NCBI GenBank assembly: GCA_050485645.1
Contig: JBJHBT010000013.1
Span: 33,821-97,820, forward strand
Length of the DNA stretch: 64,000 nt
From: Gammaproteobacteria bacterium
GTDB taxonomy: Bacteria > Pseudomonadota > Gammaproteobacteria > Steroidobacterales > Rariloculaceae
Direction: 5' to 3'
Position numbers and translations under genes: made by a program. Below are positions 15,504-26,777 of this stretch, in pieces. The notes beneath the pieces are model-generated. The model saw only the letters and a list, made by a program, of their open reading frames with translations. It ran no database searches and had not been told where the DNA came from. How positions within the stretch are numbered: the first letter of the stretch is position 1; each line of letters begins with the position of its first letter.

Positions 15504-17123
15504 ATGTCCGAATCGTCGGCGTCCGCGCTGTCGCCGTTCCGCCAGACCATCTTCCGTGATGTGTGGATCGCCAATGTGCTTTCGCAGTTCGGCGGCACCA
15601 TGCAGACGGTGGGTGCCGCGTGGCTGATGCTGTCGATCGCCGAATCGGCGCAGATGGTGACGCTGGTGCAGGCGTCGATGACGCTGCCCATCGTGATGTT
15701 CGCGCTGGTGGCCGGCGCGCTGGCCGACAGCTTCGATCGCCGCCGCATGATGCTGGTGGCGCAGTGGTTCATGCTGGTGGTGTCGATCGTGCTTGCGCTG
15801 GCCGCCTGGCAGGAGCTGGTGACGCCGTGGACGCTGCTGCTGCTCACCTTCCTGATCGGCTGTGGTCATGCCTTCAACGGGCCGGCCTGGCAGTCGTCGG
15901 TGGGACGCATGGTGTCTCGCGAGGATCTTCCGGCGGCGGTGGCGCTCAACAGCATGGGCTTCAATCTGGCACGCAGTGTGGGGCCGGCGCTGGGTGGCGT
16001 GGTGGTGGCCGCGTATGGCGCGGCGGCGGCGTTTGCCATCAACGCGGTGAGTTACACCGGCATCATCGGCGTGCTCACGCGCTGGCAGCCGCCGCCCGAG
16101 GAGCGTCTGCTGCCGCGCGAACGGCTGCGCACGTCGATTCAGGCGGGCATCCGCTATGTGGCCATGTCGCCGCATCTCAGCGCCACGCTGCTGCGCGGTT
16201 TCGTGTTCGGCATGGGTGCCAGTGCGGTGACGGCGCTGATGCCGCTGATCGCGCGCGATCTGGTGGGCGGCGGCGCGGTCACCTACGGCCTGCTGCTGGG
16301 CATGTTTGGTCTTGGCGCGGTGGCCGGGGCACTGGTGTCGTATCAGCTGCGGCTCGCGCTCAGGAACGAAACCATCGTCAGGCTGGCACTGATCGCCTTC
16401 GGCATCGCGGCGCTGGTCGCCGGCCACAGCGGCTGGCTGGTGCTGACGCTGCTGGCGATGTTCACCTGCGGTGGCGCCTGGCTGCTGGCGCTGTCGACGT
16501 TCAATGCCACGGTGCAGACTTCGACGCCGCGCTGGGTGGTGGGCCGTGCGCTGTCGCAGTATCAGGTGGCGGCGTTTGGCGGTATCGCGCTGGGCAGCTG
16601 GGTGTGGGGTCTGATCACCGAACACTACGGCATCAGCACCGCGCTCACGCTGTCCGCCGTGGTGCTCGGAGCGGGCGTGCTGCTGGGTCGGCGCTATGCG
16701 GTGCGGCAGACTGAGGCGATGGATCTCAGTCCGCTGGCGCGCTGGCAGGAGCCGCAGGTGGCGCTCGACATCCAGCCGCGCAGCGGGCCGGTGGTGGTCA
16801 CCATCGAATACCGTATTCGTGAAGCGGACGAGCTGGCGTTTCTCACCGCCATGCTCGAGCGTCGCCGCATACGCCGCCGCGACGGCGCGCGTCGCTGGTC
16901 GCTGCTGCGTGATCTGCACGATCCGCAGCTGTGGGTGGAGCGCTATCACACGCCCACGTGGCTGGACTACGTGCAGCACAACCTGCGCGTGACGCAGCAC
17001 GACGCCGCGGTGAGTGATCGCCTGCGCACGCTGCATCTGGGGCCGGAGCCGCCGCGCGTGCGGCGCATGATTGAGCGGCAGCTGGTTGTGCCGTCGACTT
17101 CGGCGGGCTACCCGCTGGAGTAG
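15504..17123 (+). CDS. MFS transporter (EntS/MFS_3-like) with a C-terminal soluble extension of about 130 aa
   Basis: AGGAG before ATG 15504. FRDVWIANVLSQFGG opening and 12 hydrophobic segments. The tail VVVTIEYRIREADELAFLTAM...WVERYHTPTWLDYVQHNLRVT looks like an ABM/Dabb alpha+beta fold. Confidence 0.85.
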   Translation: MSESSASALSPFRQTIFRDVWIANVLSQFGGTMQTVGAAWLMLSIAESAQMVTLVQASMTLPIVMFALVAGALADSFDRRRMMLVAQWFMLVVSIVLALAAWQELVTPWTLLLLTFLIGCGHAFNGPAWQSSVGRMVSREDLPAAVALNSMGFNLARSVGPALGGVVVAAYGAAAAFAINAVSYTGIIGVLTRWQPPPEERLLPRERLRTSIQAGIRYVAMSPHLSATLLRGFVFGMGASAVTALMPLIARDLVGGGAVTYGLLLGMFGLGAVAGALVSYQLRLALRNETIVRLALIAFGIAALVAGHSGWLVLTLLAMFTCGGAWLLALSTFNATVQTSTPRWVVGRALSQYQVAAFGGIALGSWVWGLITEHYGISTALTLSAVVLGAGVLLGRRYAVRQTEAMDLSPLARWQEPQVALDIQPRSGPVVVTIEYRIREADELAFLTAMLERRRIRRRDGARRWSLLRDLHDPQLWVERYHTPTWLDYVQHNLRVTQHDAAVSDRLRTLHLGPEPPRVRRMIERQLVVPSTSAGYPLE

Positions 17124-17217
17124 GGGCGGGCGCAGGCGGCTCACCCGTTTCGTTCGCCGGGCTCGCCCGCTGCGGTTGTGGCGGCGTGCACGGCGCCGGT
17201 GTGCACGCCGGCTGCGT

Positions 17218-18417
17218 TCAGTCGCGCGCCCGCACGCGGGTGCCGTCGCTCACCTGTTCGCCCGGATACATGACGATGGTCTGGCCCGGTTCCAGGCCCG
17301 AGGTGATCTCGGCGTGGCGGCCGTTGTCGCTGCCCACTTCCACCGGCGTGACGAGGGCCTGCTCGTCCTCCACGCGAAACACGGCCCAGCGTCCGGCATC
17401 GCGGAACAGGGCGGCCACCGGTGCCAGCACCACGTCGTCGAGTTCCGAGGTCACCACCGCCACTTCCACGCGGTAGCCGTGACCGAGCGCGGCCCACGCC
17501 GACGGCGGATCGACGATGTCGATCAGCACGTTCACGCGCTGCTCCTCCACACCCAGTGCCGACACCTTCATGAAGCCGAACGGCTCCACCAGCCGCACGC
17601 GCCCTTGCAGCGGCGCCACGTCGCGACCGCCCCAGTTCTCCACGTCGACGCGTGCCCCGGGCCGGATGCGCACGGCATCGGTGGACAGCAGCTCGGCGAC
17701 GATTTCCAGATCTGCCGGATCGCCCACGGTCATCAGCAGCGTGCCCGCGCCGACCATGTTCTCGCTCTCCTGGGTCACGCGCAGCACGCGGCCGCTCACC
17801 GGTGAGCGCACGGCCACCGCGGTGGCCGTGTCATCGGTCGCACCGGGCTGGGTCAGACGCACGCGCGCGGCATCCAGCGACGCCATGCGCATGTTCATGT
17901 TCTCACGCGCCGCCGCCGCGGCCGCCTCGGCGATGTTCAGTGCCAGTCGCGAGCGGTCGTAGGCTTCGCGCGACGCCAGCTCGCGTTCGTGCAGGGTGGC
18001 GATGCGGTCGGCCTCCACGCGCGCGTTGGCGAGTTCCGCGTCGGCGCGACCGGCTTCGGTGCGTGCCGCGGACAGGGCCGCTTCCGCCGAGCGCACGGCG
18101 GCCTGCGCCTCGGCCAGCGAACGGCTGTCGAGAAATGGCGGATCGCCGGGCATGACGCGCGCCACCACATCGCCGGCTGACACCGGGTCGCCGGCCCTGT
18201 GCGTGATGCGCAGCAGATGGCCGGCGACCGGCGCGTTGATTTCGTAGACGTCGCGTATCCGCGTGCGTGCCTCGTCGCGCACGGCCACCGTCAGCCGGCC
18301 GCGTTCCACCTCGGTCATGTCGACGGCGATCGACCGCGGCTGAAAGGCGATCACCAGCAGCACCAGGACGCCCAACGCGATCACGGCCCAGAACACATTG
18401 CGAAATTTCAGTTGCAT
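17218..18417 (-). CDS. HlyD-family periplasmic adaptor (membrane-fusion protein)
   Basis: N-terminal TM segment, long Ala/Glu-rich coiled-coil region and beta-barrel C-terminus. Last gene of the ABC operon. Confidence 0.85.
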   Translation of the reverse strand: MQLKFRNVFWAVIALGVLVLLVIAFQPRSIAVDMTEVERGRLTVAVRDEARTRIRDVYEINAPVAGHLLRITHRAGDPVSAGDVVARVMPGDPPFLDSRSLAEAQAAVRSAEAALSAARTEAGRADAELANARVEADRIATLHERELASREAYDRSRLALNIAEAAAAAARENMNMRMASLDAARVRLTQPGATDDTATAVAVRSPVSGRVLRVTQESENMVGAGTLLMTVGDPADLEIVAELLSTDAVRIRPGARVDVENWGGRDVAPLQGRVRLVEPFGFMKVSALGVEEQRVNVLIDIVDPPSAWAALGHGYRVEVAVVTSELDDVVLAPVAALFRDAGRWAVFRVEDEQALVTPVEVGSDNGRHAEITSGLEPGQTIVMYPGEQVSDGTRVRARD

Positions 18418-18436
18418 CGCGCGAGGCTCCTCGAGA

Positions 18437-20827
18437 TCAATCCCTGGTCTTGAGTACTTCAACCAGATCCATGCGGTCCAGTTCCCGGCGGACCAGCAGA
18501 CCGGATGCCGCGGTAACGACGATAATGACGGCGGCGGCGTAGCCGTACGTGGCCGGATGGATCACGAACGGCAGTCGGAACAGGTCCGAGCTCATGGCTT
18601 CGGCCAGATACCATGCCAGGCCGGTGCCGAGCAGTGCCGCCAGCGGCAGTGCCAGCACGGTCAGGAATGCGATTTCGCCCAGCAATATGTAGGAGATTTC
18701 GCCGCGCGTGAAGCCCATCACTCGCAGCGACGCCAGTTCGCGCTGTCGTTCCGCGAAAGAAATGCGCACGCTATTGTAGACGACGCCGATTGCAATCATT
18801 GCCGCGAAGGCCGTGTAGATGAATATCGATACCCCCATCGTCTCGTCCATCATTGCCGAAAGATTGCGGTACGCCATGCTTTGCAGGCCCACACCGGCCA
18901 CGGCCGGCAGTGCCTTGAGCTGTACGTACAGGGCATCGGTCTGCGCGTCGTCCACTTTCAGGTAGGCGCCGGAAACCACCGGGCCTTCGCCGAGCAGACG
19001 GTTGAGGTCTTCCAGGCGCATGTGCGCGCCCGAGCCGATGAATGTGGTGGTCACGGCGGCGATCGGCAGCTCGAAGGTCGGCCGGCGACCCTCCGTGATC
19101 CGGATCTCGAGCACGTCGCCGGCCTCGGCATCGAGCTTCGAGGCCAGATCGCGAGACAGCACGAGGCCTCCCGGCGGAGGCACGACGGGGCGGCTGTTCT
19201 GATCCACCATGCGCGACAGCGATGCGTCCAGCGGCAGGCCGGTGAGTCCCACGCGCTCCTCGCGATGGCCGTGCCGAATGCGCGCGGCGGCGGATCGATA
19301 CGGCTCGCCGGCCAGCACGCCCGGCGCCCGCAGCAGTTCGAAGTAGGCTGCGCGTGTGCGCGGTTCCACAAAGGTTACCTGCACGTCGTGCGGATTGGCG
19401 ACGTTGAAATACGACGCCATCATTTCGTCCATCGCGTCGATGAAAAACATCGTGCCAATCAGCAGGGCGGCTGATACGGCCACGCCGATGCAGGTGAACG
19501 CCGATCGGGTGGGAAAGCGCACGATCTGGCGCGCGATCATCCTGGTCTGCTGGTCGAGCATCGTGAGACTGGTGATCCGTGCGCCGGCAGCGCGCGAGTA
19601 ATCCGGCGGCGGCGGCGGCGACATGGCGGTGGCCGGATTCAGCGATGCCGCCCGGCGCACGGCGAAGATCGCGCCGCCGGCCACGGCCGCGGCGGTGATG
19701 CCCAGCGACGTGAGGTAGACCCGCGGATCGGCCTCGAACACCAGGAACGGGAACTGGTAGTAGTCGGTGTACATGGTCGCGGTGAGACGCCCCAGCCAGG
19801 TGCCCAGCGCCGCGCCGATGATCAGGCCGAGTGCACCGATGACGCCCACCAGCTTCATGTAGTGCATGACGATGGCGCCGCCGCTGTAGCCGAAGGCCTT
19901 CATCAGGCCGATGTCGGCGCGTTGGGTGGCGATCAGACGCGAGATCACCACGTTCACCAGAAACGCGGCCACGAGCAGGAATATCGGCGGCAACACGCTG
20001 CCCATGGTGCGCAGCTGTTCGATTTCGCTGTCGACGAATGCGTCGGAGATCTGTTCGCTGCGGCCATAGGCGCCCGGCGCGCCGTAGGGCTGCAGCAGAC
20101 GATCCAGCTCCGCGATCACCGCGCGCTCGTTGGCGCCGCGCGCCAGCCGCACCGCGGCGTCATTGAACGCGCCGTCCTGGTTCACCATCTCTCCCAGCGC
20201 GCTGCGACTCATCCACAGCACGCCGAACAGGCGGTCGTCGGGAATCAGCTGACCGGGCGCGATGGCATAGACATGCTCGGGCGACAGCGCGGTGCCGACG
20301 ATGGTGAGGCTTTCGCGGCCGCCGTAGATCGTGGCCGGCACGGTGTCGCCGACGTCCAGTCCGTGGGCGGTGGCGAAACTGCTCAGTACCACGGCCTCGT
20401 CGCGCCGGCCCGGATCTGGCAGGCGTCCGCGCATCAGCACGATCTGGTTCACCGATGGTTCGCCGGCATCGGGCAGCGAGAAAATCTCGCCGGTGGCCGG
20501 TTCGGACATGTCCGGCATGTCGAACAGCGCCGGCGCGCGGATGCGCACTTCGGCCGCCTGCACACCGTCGATGTCGCGGATGTCGCTGATCAGTCCGACC
20601 GGTGCGCGCACCACCGGCGCCCATACATCGGCGAACCGGTAGCGCTCGTAGTACGCGCGCCGCGTCTCCTCCAGCGACGCGAGCATGCCGGCGGCGAGCA
20701 GGTGCACGGCCACGCCGCCGGCAATCACGAACGCGATTGCCAGCGCCTGGCCTTTCATGCCGAACAGTTCGCGGAACAGCTTGTGATCCAGTGCCGAGAG
20801 CACGGACGGCAGGCGCAGCAGTCTCAC
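18437..20827 (-). CDS. ABC transporter permease with two FtsX domains (YbbP-like)
   Basis: 796 aa. Opening [26 protein letters not shown] and two FtsX-type 4-TM modules. ATGA overlap with the upstream ATPase gene. Confidence 0.88.
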   Translation of the reverse strand: MRLLRLPSVLSALDHKLFRELFGMKGQALAIAFVIAGGVAVHLLAAGMLASLEETRRAYYERYRFADVWAPVVRAPVGLISDIRDIDGVQAAEVRIRAPALFDMPDMSEPATGEIFSLPDAGEPSVNQIVLMRGRLPDPGRRDEAVVLSSFATAHGLDVGDTVPATIYGGRESLTIVGTALSPEHVYAIAPGQLIPDDRLFGVLWMSRSALGEMVNQDGAFNDAAVRLARGANERAVIAELDRLLQPYGAPGAYGRSEQISDAFVDSEIEQLRTMGSVLPPIFLLVAAFLVNVVISRLIATQRADIGLMKAFGYSGGAIVMHYMKLVGVIGALGLIIGAALGTWLGRLTATMYTDYYQFPFLVFEADPRVYLTSLGITAAAVAGGAIFAVRRAASLNPATAMSPPPPPDYSRAAGARITSLTMLDQQTRMIARQIVRFPTRSAFTCIGVAVSAALLIGTMFFIDAMDEMMASYFNVANPHDVQVTFVEPRTRAAYFELLRAPGVLAGEPYRSAAARIRHGHREERVGLTGLPLDASLSRMVDQNSRPVVPPPGGLVLSRDLASKLDAEAGDVLEIRITEGRRPTFELPIAAVTTTFIGSGAHMRLEDLNRLLGEGPVVSGAYLKVDDAQTDALYVQLKALPAVAGVGLQSMAYRNLSAMMDETMGVSIFIYTAFAAMIAIGVVYNSVRISFAERQRELASLRVMGFTRGEISYILLGEIAFLTVLALPLAALLGTGLAWYLAEAMSSDLFRLPFVIHPATYGYAAAVIIVVTAASGLLVRRELDRMDLVEVLKTRD

Positions 20828-21558
20828 CAGCTCAGCTCCGACGGTGACTTGCGTTCGGTGTTCTCGCGCAGTTCACGCACGTGGCCGTCCGAGAATGTGA
20901 TCACACGATTGGCCATGTCGGCCACGGACGCGTTGTGGGTGATCAGCAGTGTCGTGGCGCCGGTGGTTTCGTTCACGCTCTGCAGCGCTTCGAGCACACG
21001 GATGCCGGTCTTGCTGTCGAGCGCGCCGGTGGGTTCGTCGCACAGCAGCACCGAGGGGCGCTTGGCGATGGCGCGCGCGATAGCGACTCTCTGCTGTTCG
21101 CCGCCGGAGAGCTGGGCGGGGAAGTGGTCCAGGCGCTTCTCCAGCCCGACGATGGCCAGCGCTTCATCGGGCGTCATCGGGTTCTGCGCGATCTCGGTGA
21201 CCAGCGCCACATTCTCGCGCGCGGTGAGGCTGGCCATCAGATTGTAGAACTGGAAGACGAAGCCCACGTGGCGGCGCCGGTATTCGGTGAGCTCGCGCTG
21301 TGTGGCGCCGGTGAGGTCCTGATCGCGAAATCGGACGCTGCCGTCGGTGGCGCTGTCCAGGCCGCCGAGGATGTTCAGCAGCGTCGATTTGCCGCTGCCG
21401 GATGCGCCCAGCAGTACCACCAGCTCCCGCTCGGGCAGGGTGAGATCCACGCCGCGCAGCGCATGCACGGCGCTGTGGCCTGTGCCGTACACCTTGGTCA
21501 GGCCCACAGTGGTAAAGCATATCCCGCTGCTGGCGGGACTGGCGGTGGCGTGGTTCAT
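20824..21558 (-). CDS. ABC transporter ATP-binding protein (LolD/MacB/YbbA-like)
   Basis: Walker [10 protein letters not shown], signature [14 protein letters not shown], Walker [12 protein letters not shown]. Confidence 0.92.
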   Translation of the reverse strand: MNHATASPASSGICFTTVGLTKVYGTGHSAVHALRGVDLTLPERELVVLLGASGSGKSTLLNILGGLDSATDGSVRFRDQDLTGATQRELTEYRRRHVGFVFQFYNLMASLTARENVALVTEIAQNPMTPDEALAIVGLEKRLDHFPAQLSGGEQQRVAIARAIAKRPSVLLCDEPTGALDSKTGIRVLEALQSVNETTGATTLLITHNASVADMANRVITFSDGHVRELRENTERKSPSELSW

Positions 21559-21678
21559 GGCTGATCCTGCGGCGAGCGGCAGAGAATAACCGATCCGATG
21601 CAAGCTGCGCGATGGGTGCGGATGTGCACTTTCAGCATGTCTTGTTCAGGTTCGGATCAGGCTATCATCCGTGGCGGT

Positions 21679-22452
21679 ATGTTCGGGATATATCGAAACT
21701 GGCGTCGCAAACGCATTCTGGCCACCTCGGAGCTGGACGCCGGCGTATGGGCGCAGGCCGTGAGCGGGATTCCGATACTCGCCGGCCTCGACGCCGCCGC
21801 CATGGAACGCCTGCAGGCGCTGGTGCTGCTGTTCCTTCACGAAAAAGTGTTCGAGGGCGCCTCCGGTCTCGATCTCACCGCGCGGATGCGCCTGCGCATC
21901 GCCATTCTCGCCTGCCTGCCTGTGCTCGAACTCGGCCCGGACCGCTACCGCACGGTTCGAACCATCATCGTGTACCCCGGCGGCTTCATGGTCCGTGATC
22001 GCGAGGAAGTGGATGACTTTGGCGTCGTGCATGTGGGCAACGATGTCCTCAGTGGCGAGGCCTGGGAACGCGGGCCAATCGTGCTCGCCTGGGAGGACGT
22101 CAACGTCAGTGGCATGGGCACCGGTTACAACGTCGTCGTCCACGAGTTCGCCCACAAGCTCGATCACGAGGGCGGTGCGGTGGACGGCATACCGCTGCTG
22201 CCCCGCGAAATGAGCATCACCGAATGGGCTGAAACCTTCCAGGCGGCCTACGACGAACTGTGCGAGAAGTCCGACAACGAAGAAGAAACCTGGCTCGACC
22301 AGTACGCCACCGAGCACCCGTCGGAGTTCTTCGCCGTCGTCTCCGAACTGTTCTTCGAAGTCCCGGCCGAACTCAACAAACACTACCCGGACCTCTACCG
22401 CCTGCTTGCCGGCTACTACCGCCAGGACCCCGCCAAACGCCTGGCCGGCTGA
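21679..22452 (+). CDS. mtfA: Zinc metallopeptidase of the MtfA/M90 family
   Basis: MFGIYRNWRRKR... opening, HEFAHKLD (HExxH), ...EFFAVVSELFF. Confidence 0.85.
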   Translation: MFGIYRNWRRKRILATSELDAGVWAQAVSGIPILAGLDAAAMERLQALVLLFLHEKVFEGASGLDLTARMRLRIAILACLPVLELGPDRYRTVRTIIVYPGGFMVRDREEVDDFGVVHVGNDVLSGEAWERGPIVLAWEDVNVSGMGTGYNVVVHEFAHKLDHEGGAVDGIPLLPREMSITEWAETFQAAYDELCEKSDNEEETWLDQYATEHPSEFFAVVSELFFEVPAELNKHYPDLYRLLAGYYRQDPAKRLAG

Positions 22453-22459
22453 ATGCGCC

Positions 22460-24283
22460 CTAGGCGCGCAGTCGCGAATCCCGCCGCCGGTCACTCTCTT
22501 TCAGCAGCTTCTTCCGCAACCGGATACTCGTCGGCGTGACTTCCACGAGTTCGTCGTCGTCGATGAACTCCAGCGCCTGCTCCAGCGAGAAACGCAACGG
22601 CGGCGTCAGCAGGATGTTCTCGTCCGATCCCGCGGCACGAATGTTCGTCAGCTGCTTGGCCTTGGTCGGGTTGACGGGCAGATCGTTGCCGCGGCTGTGG
22701 ATGCCGATCAGCATGCCCTCGTACACTTCCTCGCCATGCCCGATCAGCAGCGCGCCGCGCTCCTGGAGATTGAACAGCGCGTAGGCCAGTGCCTTGCCCG
22801 CCACCATCGACACCAGTACGCCGTTGTGACGCTGGCCGATGTCGCCGGCGAAGCGCGGCGCATAGCGGTCGAAGACGTGATAGAGCAGGCCGGTACCGGC
22901 GGTGGACGTCAGATACTCGGTGCGGAAGCCGATCAGGCCGCGCGCCGGAATGCGGTATTCCAGACGCATGCGGCCGCGGCCGTCCGGCACCATGTTCTGA
23001 AGTTCGCCCTTGCGCTCGGCGATGCGACTCATCACCGCGCCCTGGTAGTCTTCCTCGAAGTCCAGGGTCGCCAGTTCCCACGGCTCGCACAGCACGCCGT
23101 CGATCTCGCGTTCGATCACCGCCGGGCGCGACACGGCCAGTTCATAGCCTTCGCGACGCATGGTTTCGATCAGTATCGCCAGATGCAGCTCGCCCCGGCC
23201 CGATACCAGAAAGCGATCGGGGTCTTCGGTGTCTTCCACGCGCAGCGCGACGTTGTGCTTGAGTTCCTGCATCAGACGTTCACGAATCTGACGGCTGGTG
23301 ATGAACTTGCCGTCGCGACCTGCGAACGGTGACTTGTTCACCTGGAACGTCATGCTGATCGTCGGCTCGTCCACCTGAAGTGCCGGCAGCGCCGCAGGCT
23401 GGCCGCGCGCGCAGACGGTGTCGGAGATGCCCAGGTCCTCGATGCCGCTGAACACGACGATGTCGCCGGCGCCGGCTTCACGGATCGATACTCTTTCAAG
23501 CCCGGTGAAGCCGTACAGCTCCGCGAGCTGCGCGTTCACCACCTGACCGTTGCGTCGTACCAGTGATACCGGTGTGTTCGCCGTGGCCCTGCCGCGTGAG
23601 ATCCGGCCGATGCCGAGCACGCCCACGTAGCTGCTGTAGTCCAGGCTCGACACCTGAAGCTGCAGCGGACCGTCGCGCTGCACGTCCGGCGGCGGCACAT
23701 GGGTGACGATGGCCTCCAGCAGCGGACCCATGTCGCCAGAGGTGACGGTCGCGTCGGTGCCGGCGAACCCCTTCAGTGCCGAGGCGTAAATCACCGGAAA
23801 GTCGAGCTGTTTGTCGGTGGCGCCAAGACGGTCGAACAGATCGAAGGTCTGATCCAGTACCCAGTCCGGGCGCGCGCCGTCGCGATCGATCTTGTTGATC
23901 ACCACCAGCGGCGTGAAGCCGCGCGCGAACGCCTTCTGCGTGACGAAGCGCGTCTGCGGCATAGGGCCGTCCACGGCATCGACGAGCAGCAGCACGCCGT
24001 CCACCATCGACAGCACACGTTCCACTTCGCCACCGAAGTCGGCGTGGCCGGGTGTGTCGACGATGTTGATACACAGGTCGCGCCAGTTGATCGCGGTGTT
24101 TTTGGAGAGAATCGTGATGCCGCGCTCGCGCTCCAGATCATTGCGGTCCATGACCCGTTCGGGCATCTGCACGCGCGCGTCCACGGTGCCCGACTGCTGC
24201 AGGAGTTTGTCCACCAGGGTGGTCTTGCCGTGATCGACATGCGCGATGATGGCGATGTTGCGCAGTTTGTCTGCTGAAAACAT
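22460..24283 (-). CDS. typA: Translational GTPase TypA/BipA
   Basis: [40 protein letters not shown]. Length 607 aa. Confidence 0.95.
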   Translation of the reverse strand: MFSADKLRNIAIIAHVDHGKTTLVDKLLQQSGTVDARVQMPERVMDRNDLERERGITILSKNTAINWRDLCINIVDTPGHADFGGEVERVLSMVDGVLLLVDAVDGPMPQTRFVTQKAFARGFTPLVVINKIDRDGARPDWVLDQTFDLFDRLGATDKQLDFPVIYASALKGFAGTDATVTSGDMGPLLEAIVTHVPPPDVQRDGPLQLQVSSLDYSSYVGVLGIGRISRGRATANTPVSLVRRNGQVVNAQLAELYGFTGLERVSIREAGAGDIVVFSGIEDLGISDTVCARGQPAALPALQVDEPTISMTFQVNKSPFAGRDGKFITSRQIRERLMQELKHNVALRVEDTEDPDRFLVSGRGELHLAILIETMRREGYELAVSRPAVIEREIDGVLCEPWELATLDFEEDYQGAVMSRIAERKGELQNMVPDGRGRMRLEYRIPARGLIGFRTEYLTSTAGTGLLYHVFDRYAPRFAGDIGQRHNGVLVSMVAGKALAYALFNLQERGALLIGHGEEVYEGMLIGIHSRGNDLPVNPTKAKQLTNIRAAGSDENILLTPPLRFSLEQALEFIDDDELVEVTPTSIRLRKKLLKESDRRRDSRLRA

Positions 24284-24436
24284 GGCTGCCTGCCAGGCCG
24301 GAAAAAGGGCGCGGATTATACGCGAGGCGGGCGTCTTTCCCAGTTAAAGTATAAGCGGAGTCGGCCGGGAGGCTGCGGGGGGCAGGCCGCTGGCGGTTCA
24401 CGGCGCTTCCCGTTGACCGCAGCGCGCAGCGGCGCC

Positions 24437-24464
24437 GCCCGGTTTGCGCCCGGTTTGCGCCCGG
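24437..24464. repeat. 11-bp tandem repeat (GCCCGGTTTGC x2.5)
   Basis: Read directly. It lies between the Omp85-family stop (24496) and the typA start (24283). Confidence 0.85.
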
Positions 24465-24495
24465 AACGAGGCGCAACAAAGCCTGCGCGCGCCGA

Positions 24496-26214
24496 TCAGA
24501 ACGACTGCTTGGCTTCGAACAGCAGCTGGGTACTGCGCACGCCTTCGCCGCGATTGAGCGGCACGGCGAGGTCCACATGGATCACCGTGCCGCTGCTGGA
24601 ACGTGGTGAGCTCAGTCGCAGACCCACGCCGATGTCGTAGAGCATGCCGCGTCCATCGGTGGCGCGTGGATCCTGTCCCCAGACGCGCCCGGCATCGAAA
24701 AATGCCGCGTAACCCACACGCAGCAGGCGCAGTGGATACAGATCGGTATGGAAGCGCTGCTCCAGCGTCAGTACCGCCAGGTGCCTGCCGGCCTGGTAGC
24801 GCAGCGGATAGCCGCGCAGTCCGCTATCACCGCCCAGCAACACCTGCCGGTCGGCGTCCAGCGAATGGCTGCCCATCGCATTGAGACTTGCCAGGAACAG
24901 GTGGCGGCCCAGATTGCGTCGGTAGTAGTTGGCGGATACCTGCCACAGCGCATTGCGCGCGTGACCGCCTTCATGACGCGCCTCGGCTTCGGCGTCGATC
25001 AGCAGCAGCTTGCCGGTGCCGCCCGGTTCCCAGCCCCTGCTGAACAGCAGGCGCGTAATGGTTGCGTTCCGGTCTGCGCCCAGTGCGGTGGCCGAGTAGC
25101 CCAGCAGCAACGTGAGGTCCATGCCCAGGGCTACATCTTCGATGCGGCCCATGTCGTTGAGCTCGGTCATCACCCGGTAGTCGTCCGTCAGCAGCTGTAC
25201 GCCCACCCACGGATAGACCAGTTTGCGATCCGCCGGCAGCAGCAGCGGGTCCGGCGTTTCCATGGTGGGTGAGAAGCGCCGCTCGTCGAAGGTGACGCCG
25301 GCAAGCCAGCGGGTGACGTGGCTGTCGCGCAGGCCACGTGAATAGCCTCCGGACACTTCGAAAAACCGTGTGTCGTGGCGAAACTCGTCGACGATTTCGC
25401 CAAGGTCGTACATCGAATCGATGCGCTTTTCGTTCAGCAGCCTGCCGCCCGCGGACCAGCGTGCGTCCAGCGCGAAGAACGGACGATCAACGCCGATCAG
25501 ATGGCGTTCGCCGTCGCTGGCATTGGCCGCCACCACCTCGAGCCGCGTGCGCGATCCGCGCACATTGGGATCGACGAAGCGCAGGTAGGCTTCATCACGA
25601 TCCACGTCGCTGTTGTAGTAAACGGTCAGACCCTTGCCGGTGCCAAGTACGTTGTTCTCGGTGAGCCCGATGCGGTACTCGTTTTCGCCGCCGTTGCGGC
25701 TGAATTTCAGTTCCGGCTGAAACGACCAGGCGTCGCGAACGTAGACATTCACGTTCGCGGTATTCGCGGACGGATCGTAGTCGTTCGAGTGGATCACGGC
25801 TTCGGCAAGATAGGGCCGTGCGCGCAGCAGCCGTGCCGACTCTTCCAGCAGCCGGCTGGAAAACGGATCGCCGGAGTCGAACAGCAGCAGGTCTTCGATC
25901 ACGCCATCGCGCGTCTTGAAGTTCACGCGGTTCGCCCATCGATACGCGGCGCGGTCTTCCTCGGGATCGTCGGTGTCGAAGATGTTGGCGACTTCGATGC
26001 GAATCTCACCTATGCGCGCGCCGTTGGCTTCGAACTCGGCGTGCGTGGCGGCGAGGTCGGCCTGTTCGCCGGTCTGTGACGACGCCCCGGGCATCTGTGG
26101 CAGGGCGTCGGACGTCATCAGCAACAGCAGCCAGCTCAATGTGCAGATACCGCCGCGCTGGGAGTCCGACGAACGCGGGCTGCAAATAGCGCTGTGCTGC
26201 TGGCGGCGGTTCAT
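24496..26214 (-). CDS. Omp85/BamA-TamA-family outer-membrane protein (POTRA plus beta-barrel)
   Basis: POTRA-like IGEIRIEVANIFD..., alternating beta-strand pattern throughout, C-terminal ...LLFEAKQSF with a terminal Phe. Confidence 0.8.
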   Translation of the reverse strand: MNRRQQHSAICSPRSSDSQRGGICTLSWLLLLMTSDALPQMPGASSQTGEQADLAATHAEFEANGARIGEIRIEVANIFDTDDPEEDRAAYRWANRVNFKTRDGVIEDLLLFDSGDPFSSRLLEESARLLRARPYLAEAVIHSNDYDPSANTANVNVYVRDAWSFQPELKFSRNGGENEYRIGLTENNVLGTGKGLTVYYNSDVDRDEAYLRFVDPNVRGSRTRLEVVAANASDGERHLIGVDRPFFALDARWSAGGRLLNEKRIDSMYDLGEIVDEFRHDTRFFEVSGGYSRGLRDSHVTRWLAGVTFDERRFSPTMETPDPLLLPADRKLVYPWVGVQLLTDDYRVMTELNDMGRIEDVALGMDLTLLLGYSATALGADRNATITRLLFSRGWEPGGTGKLLLIDAEAEARHEGGHARNALWQVSANYYRRNLGRHLFLASLNAMGSHSLDADRQVLLGGDSGLRGYPLRYQAGRHLAVLTLEQRFHTDLYPLRLLRVGYAAFFDAGRVWGQDPRATDGRGMLYDIGVGLRLSSPRSSSGTVIHVDLAVPLNRGEGVRSTQLLFEAKQSF

Positions 26215-26249
26215 GGCGTGCTGACGACCTTGACCATGTGGTTACCGGC

Positions 26250-26771
26250 TTAGAGCTGCGCCCAGTGCCAGGGTTCATAGCAGAAGCCGTAGACGTTGTC
26301 GCGAGGATAGGAGAGACGGAAACCGAAGTGCGAGGCATGCTCGCTCAGCCATGTGAACGCGGTCGACTGTTCGAACTCCTCGGTCAGCGGCCTGAAACCC
26401 GGCGTGGCGATGTCCAGGGCGCGGCCGGTGTGATGCTCGCTGTATCCGGGCGCGGCGTTCACGGTGAGTATCGTGGCGATGGACTGCCCGGCCGCGAGCT
26501 TGTTGCGAATCAGTTCGACCTGATAGCTGACGCTGCGGAAGCCCGAGACCAGCAGCAGTTCCACGGCATCTTCGTAGGCCGCACGCTTCATTCGCGTCCA
26601 GGCGCCGGCGGTATCCGGCGCCAGCCGCTGTGGACGACCGACGATGTTCGGCTCCACGTCCACGAGTTCGGCGGCTTCCGGATAACGTGGCCGCATCGGC
26701 GTGACGCCGTAGTCACCGGGAATCCCCAGTTCCTGCCACAGGCCGGACAGCGGATCGTGTTGCGTGGTCAT
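26250..26771 (-). CDS. M15B (VanY-like) D-Ala-D-Ala carboxypeptidase-family metallopeptidase
   Basis: GYSEHHTGRALD (SxHxxGxAxD) and YEPWHW motifs. No obvious signal peptide. Confidence 0.85.
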   Translation of the reverse strand: MTTQHDPLSGLWQELGIPGDYGVTPMRPRYPEAAELVDVEPNIVGRPQRLAPDTAGAWTRMKRAAYEDAVELLLVSGFRSVSYQVELIRNKLAAGQSIATILTVNAAPGYSEHHTGRALDIATPGFRPLTEEFEQSTAFTWLSEHASHFGFRLSYPRDNVYGFCYEPWHWAQL

Positions 26772-26777
26772 TGCCGT

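Noticed and set aside
15480-17144. Very long alternative-strand or alternative-frame ORFs throughout the high-G+C part. Examples: 15480-17144(-), 4179-5336(+), 19862-21247(+), 26238-27479(+), 35941-37389(+), 36551-37681(+), 39726-41450(+), 42552-43595(-), 43634-44938(-), 45227-46261(-), 50405-51688(+), 61480-62319(+).
   Set aside because: Their translations are Arg/Ala/Gly/His/Pro-rich low-complexity strings without motifs. Each lies opposite or out of frame to a gene with clear family signatures. Stop-codon depletion in sequence of about 67% G+C explains them.
17124-17217. Repeated GTGCACG motifs between the convergent MFS and HlyD genes, considered as a terminator or operator.
   Set aside because: There are only short, imperfect pairings built on the self-complementary GTGCAC hexamer, with no convincing stem or U-tract.
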